From positions 434,166,947 through 434,230,946 of the forward strand of contig NC_133618.1 of assembly GCF_048593235.1 (NCBI RefSeq): a stretch of DNA of 64,000 nucleotides. Reading direction: 5' to 3'. The DNA comes from Sminthopsis crassicaudata. Lineage: Eukaryota. The notes beneath the pieces were generated by a model. The model searched no databases. It saw only the letters and a list, made by a program, of their open reading frames with translations, and was not told the DNA's origin. Below, in pieces: positions 62,833-64,000 of the stretch (position 1 is the stretch's first letter; every line of letters starts with the position of its first letter). The translations under genes were made by a program, and so were the position numbers.

Positions 62833-64000
62833 TTGCCTAGGTTTTATTTGGTTTTTTAAAAAATAATTGATCATCCTCCTCTGAAGCGTCATCATATTGT
62901 GGCAATGACTCTGGGGGCTCAAAGGCTCTACCAGTGAAAACATAAGCTGAAAAAGGTTTTACGTATAGCACTGGCCATGGGCCATGTCTCTGTGATCCAT
63001 GAAGAAGCCAAAGTAACTTCAAAAAGATTCTTACCAAAAGTGGACCTATAGAGTACAAGCTTTAATGATTTGCTTTAGTAAAAGTTCTTAATATGAGACC
63101 CATGAATTTGAATGGGATGCTATGCATATTATCTTAATTTTTACTAAAAGAATATGATTGAAATTTGACATTTTCTTCTATTGTGACTTTAAAAATATTA
63201 TGCTGAAAAATGATTATTTAACAAATTTCATTTAATTAACCTAATTTAATAAAATTAGACCTGAAAAAGGGTCTAACAAGTTTTTCATCAGATGGCCTAA
63301 AGACTTCATTACACAAAAAAGGTGAAGAACTCCTAAACTTAAAAGTTTCAATCTACAATAAACAGACATGAAATTGCAGCTCTTTTGAAGGATTAAAGAA
63401 CTTGTTTATTAGAACACACTTTCTGTTAGGTTTTTTTCTAGTTTGTTTATTTTTTTAAATTTTCACTAAGTTTTTATTCTTGAGTCAGGATCTCCTTGCT
63501 CTTAGACAGATTGTCAATTAGCAAGTGAAATAGCCCCTGGCTGCGCAGGTTGTTCTTTATAATATCAGTTTTATACTTCCCTCAAATCTAGAGAGCTTAA
63601 ATTTGCAAATTTTGCAAAGATGACTGGATTTTTTAAAATGACAAAGGAAAAAAAAATTATGGTTATGGAGACAAAAGAAAGGTGCCCATTCCTTCACTGT
63701 TACTCCAACTTCAGGATTCATCAGCCCTTAAAGATAGTTATTTATCATGTAATTCCCATTCAAGGGTATGTATGCCTTTCTAGAATATTATTTCTTTTCT
63801 CTCAGCTTTTCTTTCACAACTTTTTGTTATGTTTATTGCCCCAAGCATGAAAAAGCTAACAGAATATATCTTAATCCCAGTGAACTCTTGGTAGCAAATA
63901 ATTTTCAACAAATTTGCAGTCAAATTATTATGTAAAAATTATACATAAACTCACTTACTTGACTAGTTGCCCACTCACTCATATTCTAGTCACTTCAAAG

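Overview
AT-rich mammalian genomic DNA whose repeats (WSINE1-type CORE-SINEs carrying the acttaacactt variant, MAR1/MIR, marsupial L1 3' UTRs) point to an Australian marsupial, probably a dasyurid (inference). The whole window lies inside one minus-strand gene, UIMC1 (RAP80, BRCA1-A complex subunit). Seven coding exons splice in frame with canonical GT-AG sites: 61161-61074, 44491-44367 (tandem UIMs), 43421-42285 (includes the Abraxas-interacting region), 39393-39329, 32379-32294, 29030-28951/28927 and 23474-23309 (first zinc finger). I did not find the ATG/SIM exon or the last exons, so they probably lie outside the window. The rest is intron filled with L1, L2, CR1, RTE-like, SINE, LTR and hAT remnants plus two N gaps. 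Apart from L1 ORF2 pieces, the other ORF-track entries look like noise. I found no wholly new biological system. The strongest observations: (1) human exons 5 and 6 are one 1137-nt exon here, and 300 nt that are intronic in the canonical human transcript are open coding sequence with a PxVxL motif and four SQ sites; (2) a perfect 24-nt duplication gives one exon two identical in-frame donors; (3) a 34-bp-arm hairpin; (4) a templated ~85-nt copy at an L1 junction; (5) two L1s inserted at one target site. Human exon numbers and residues are from memory of the human protein, not from an alignment run here. Coordinates of old repeats are approximate.
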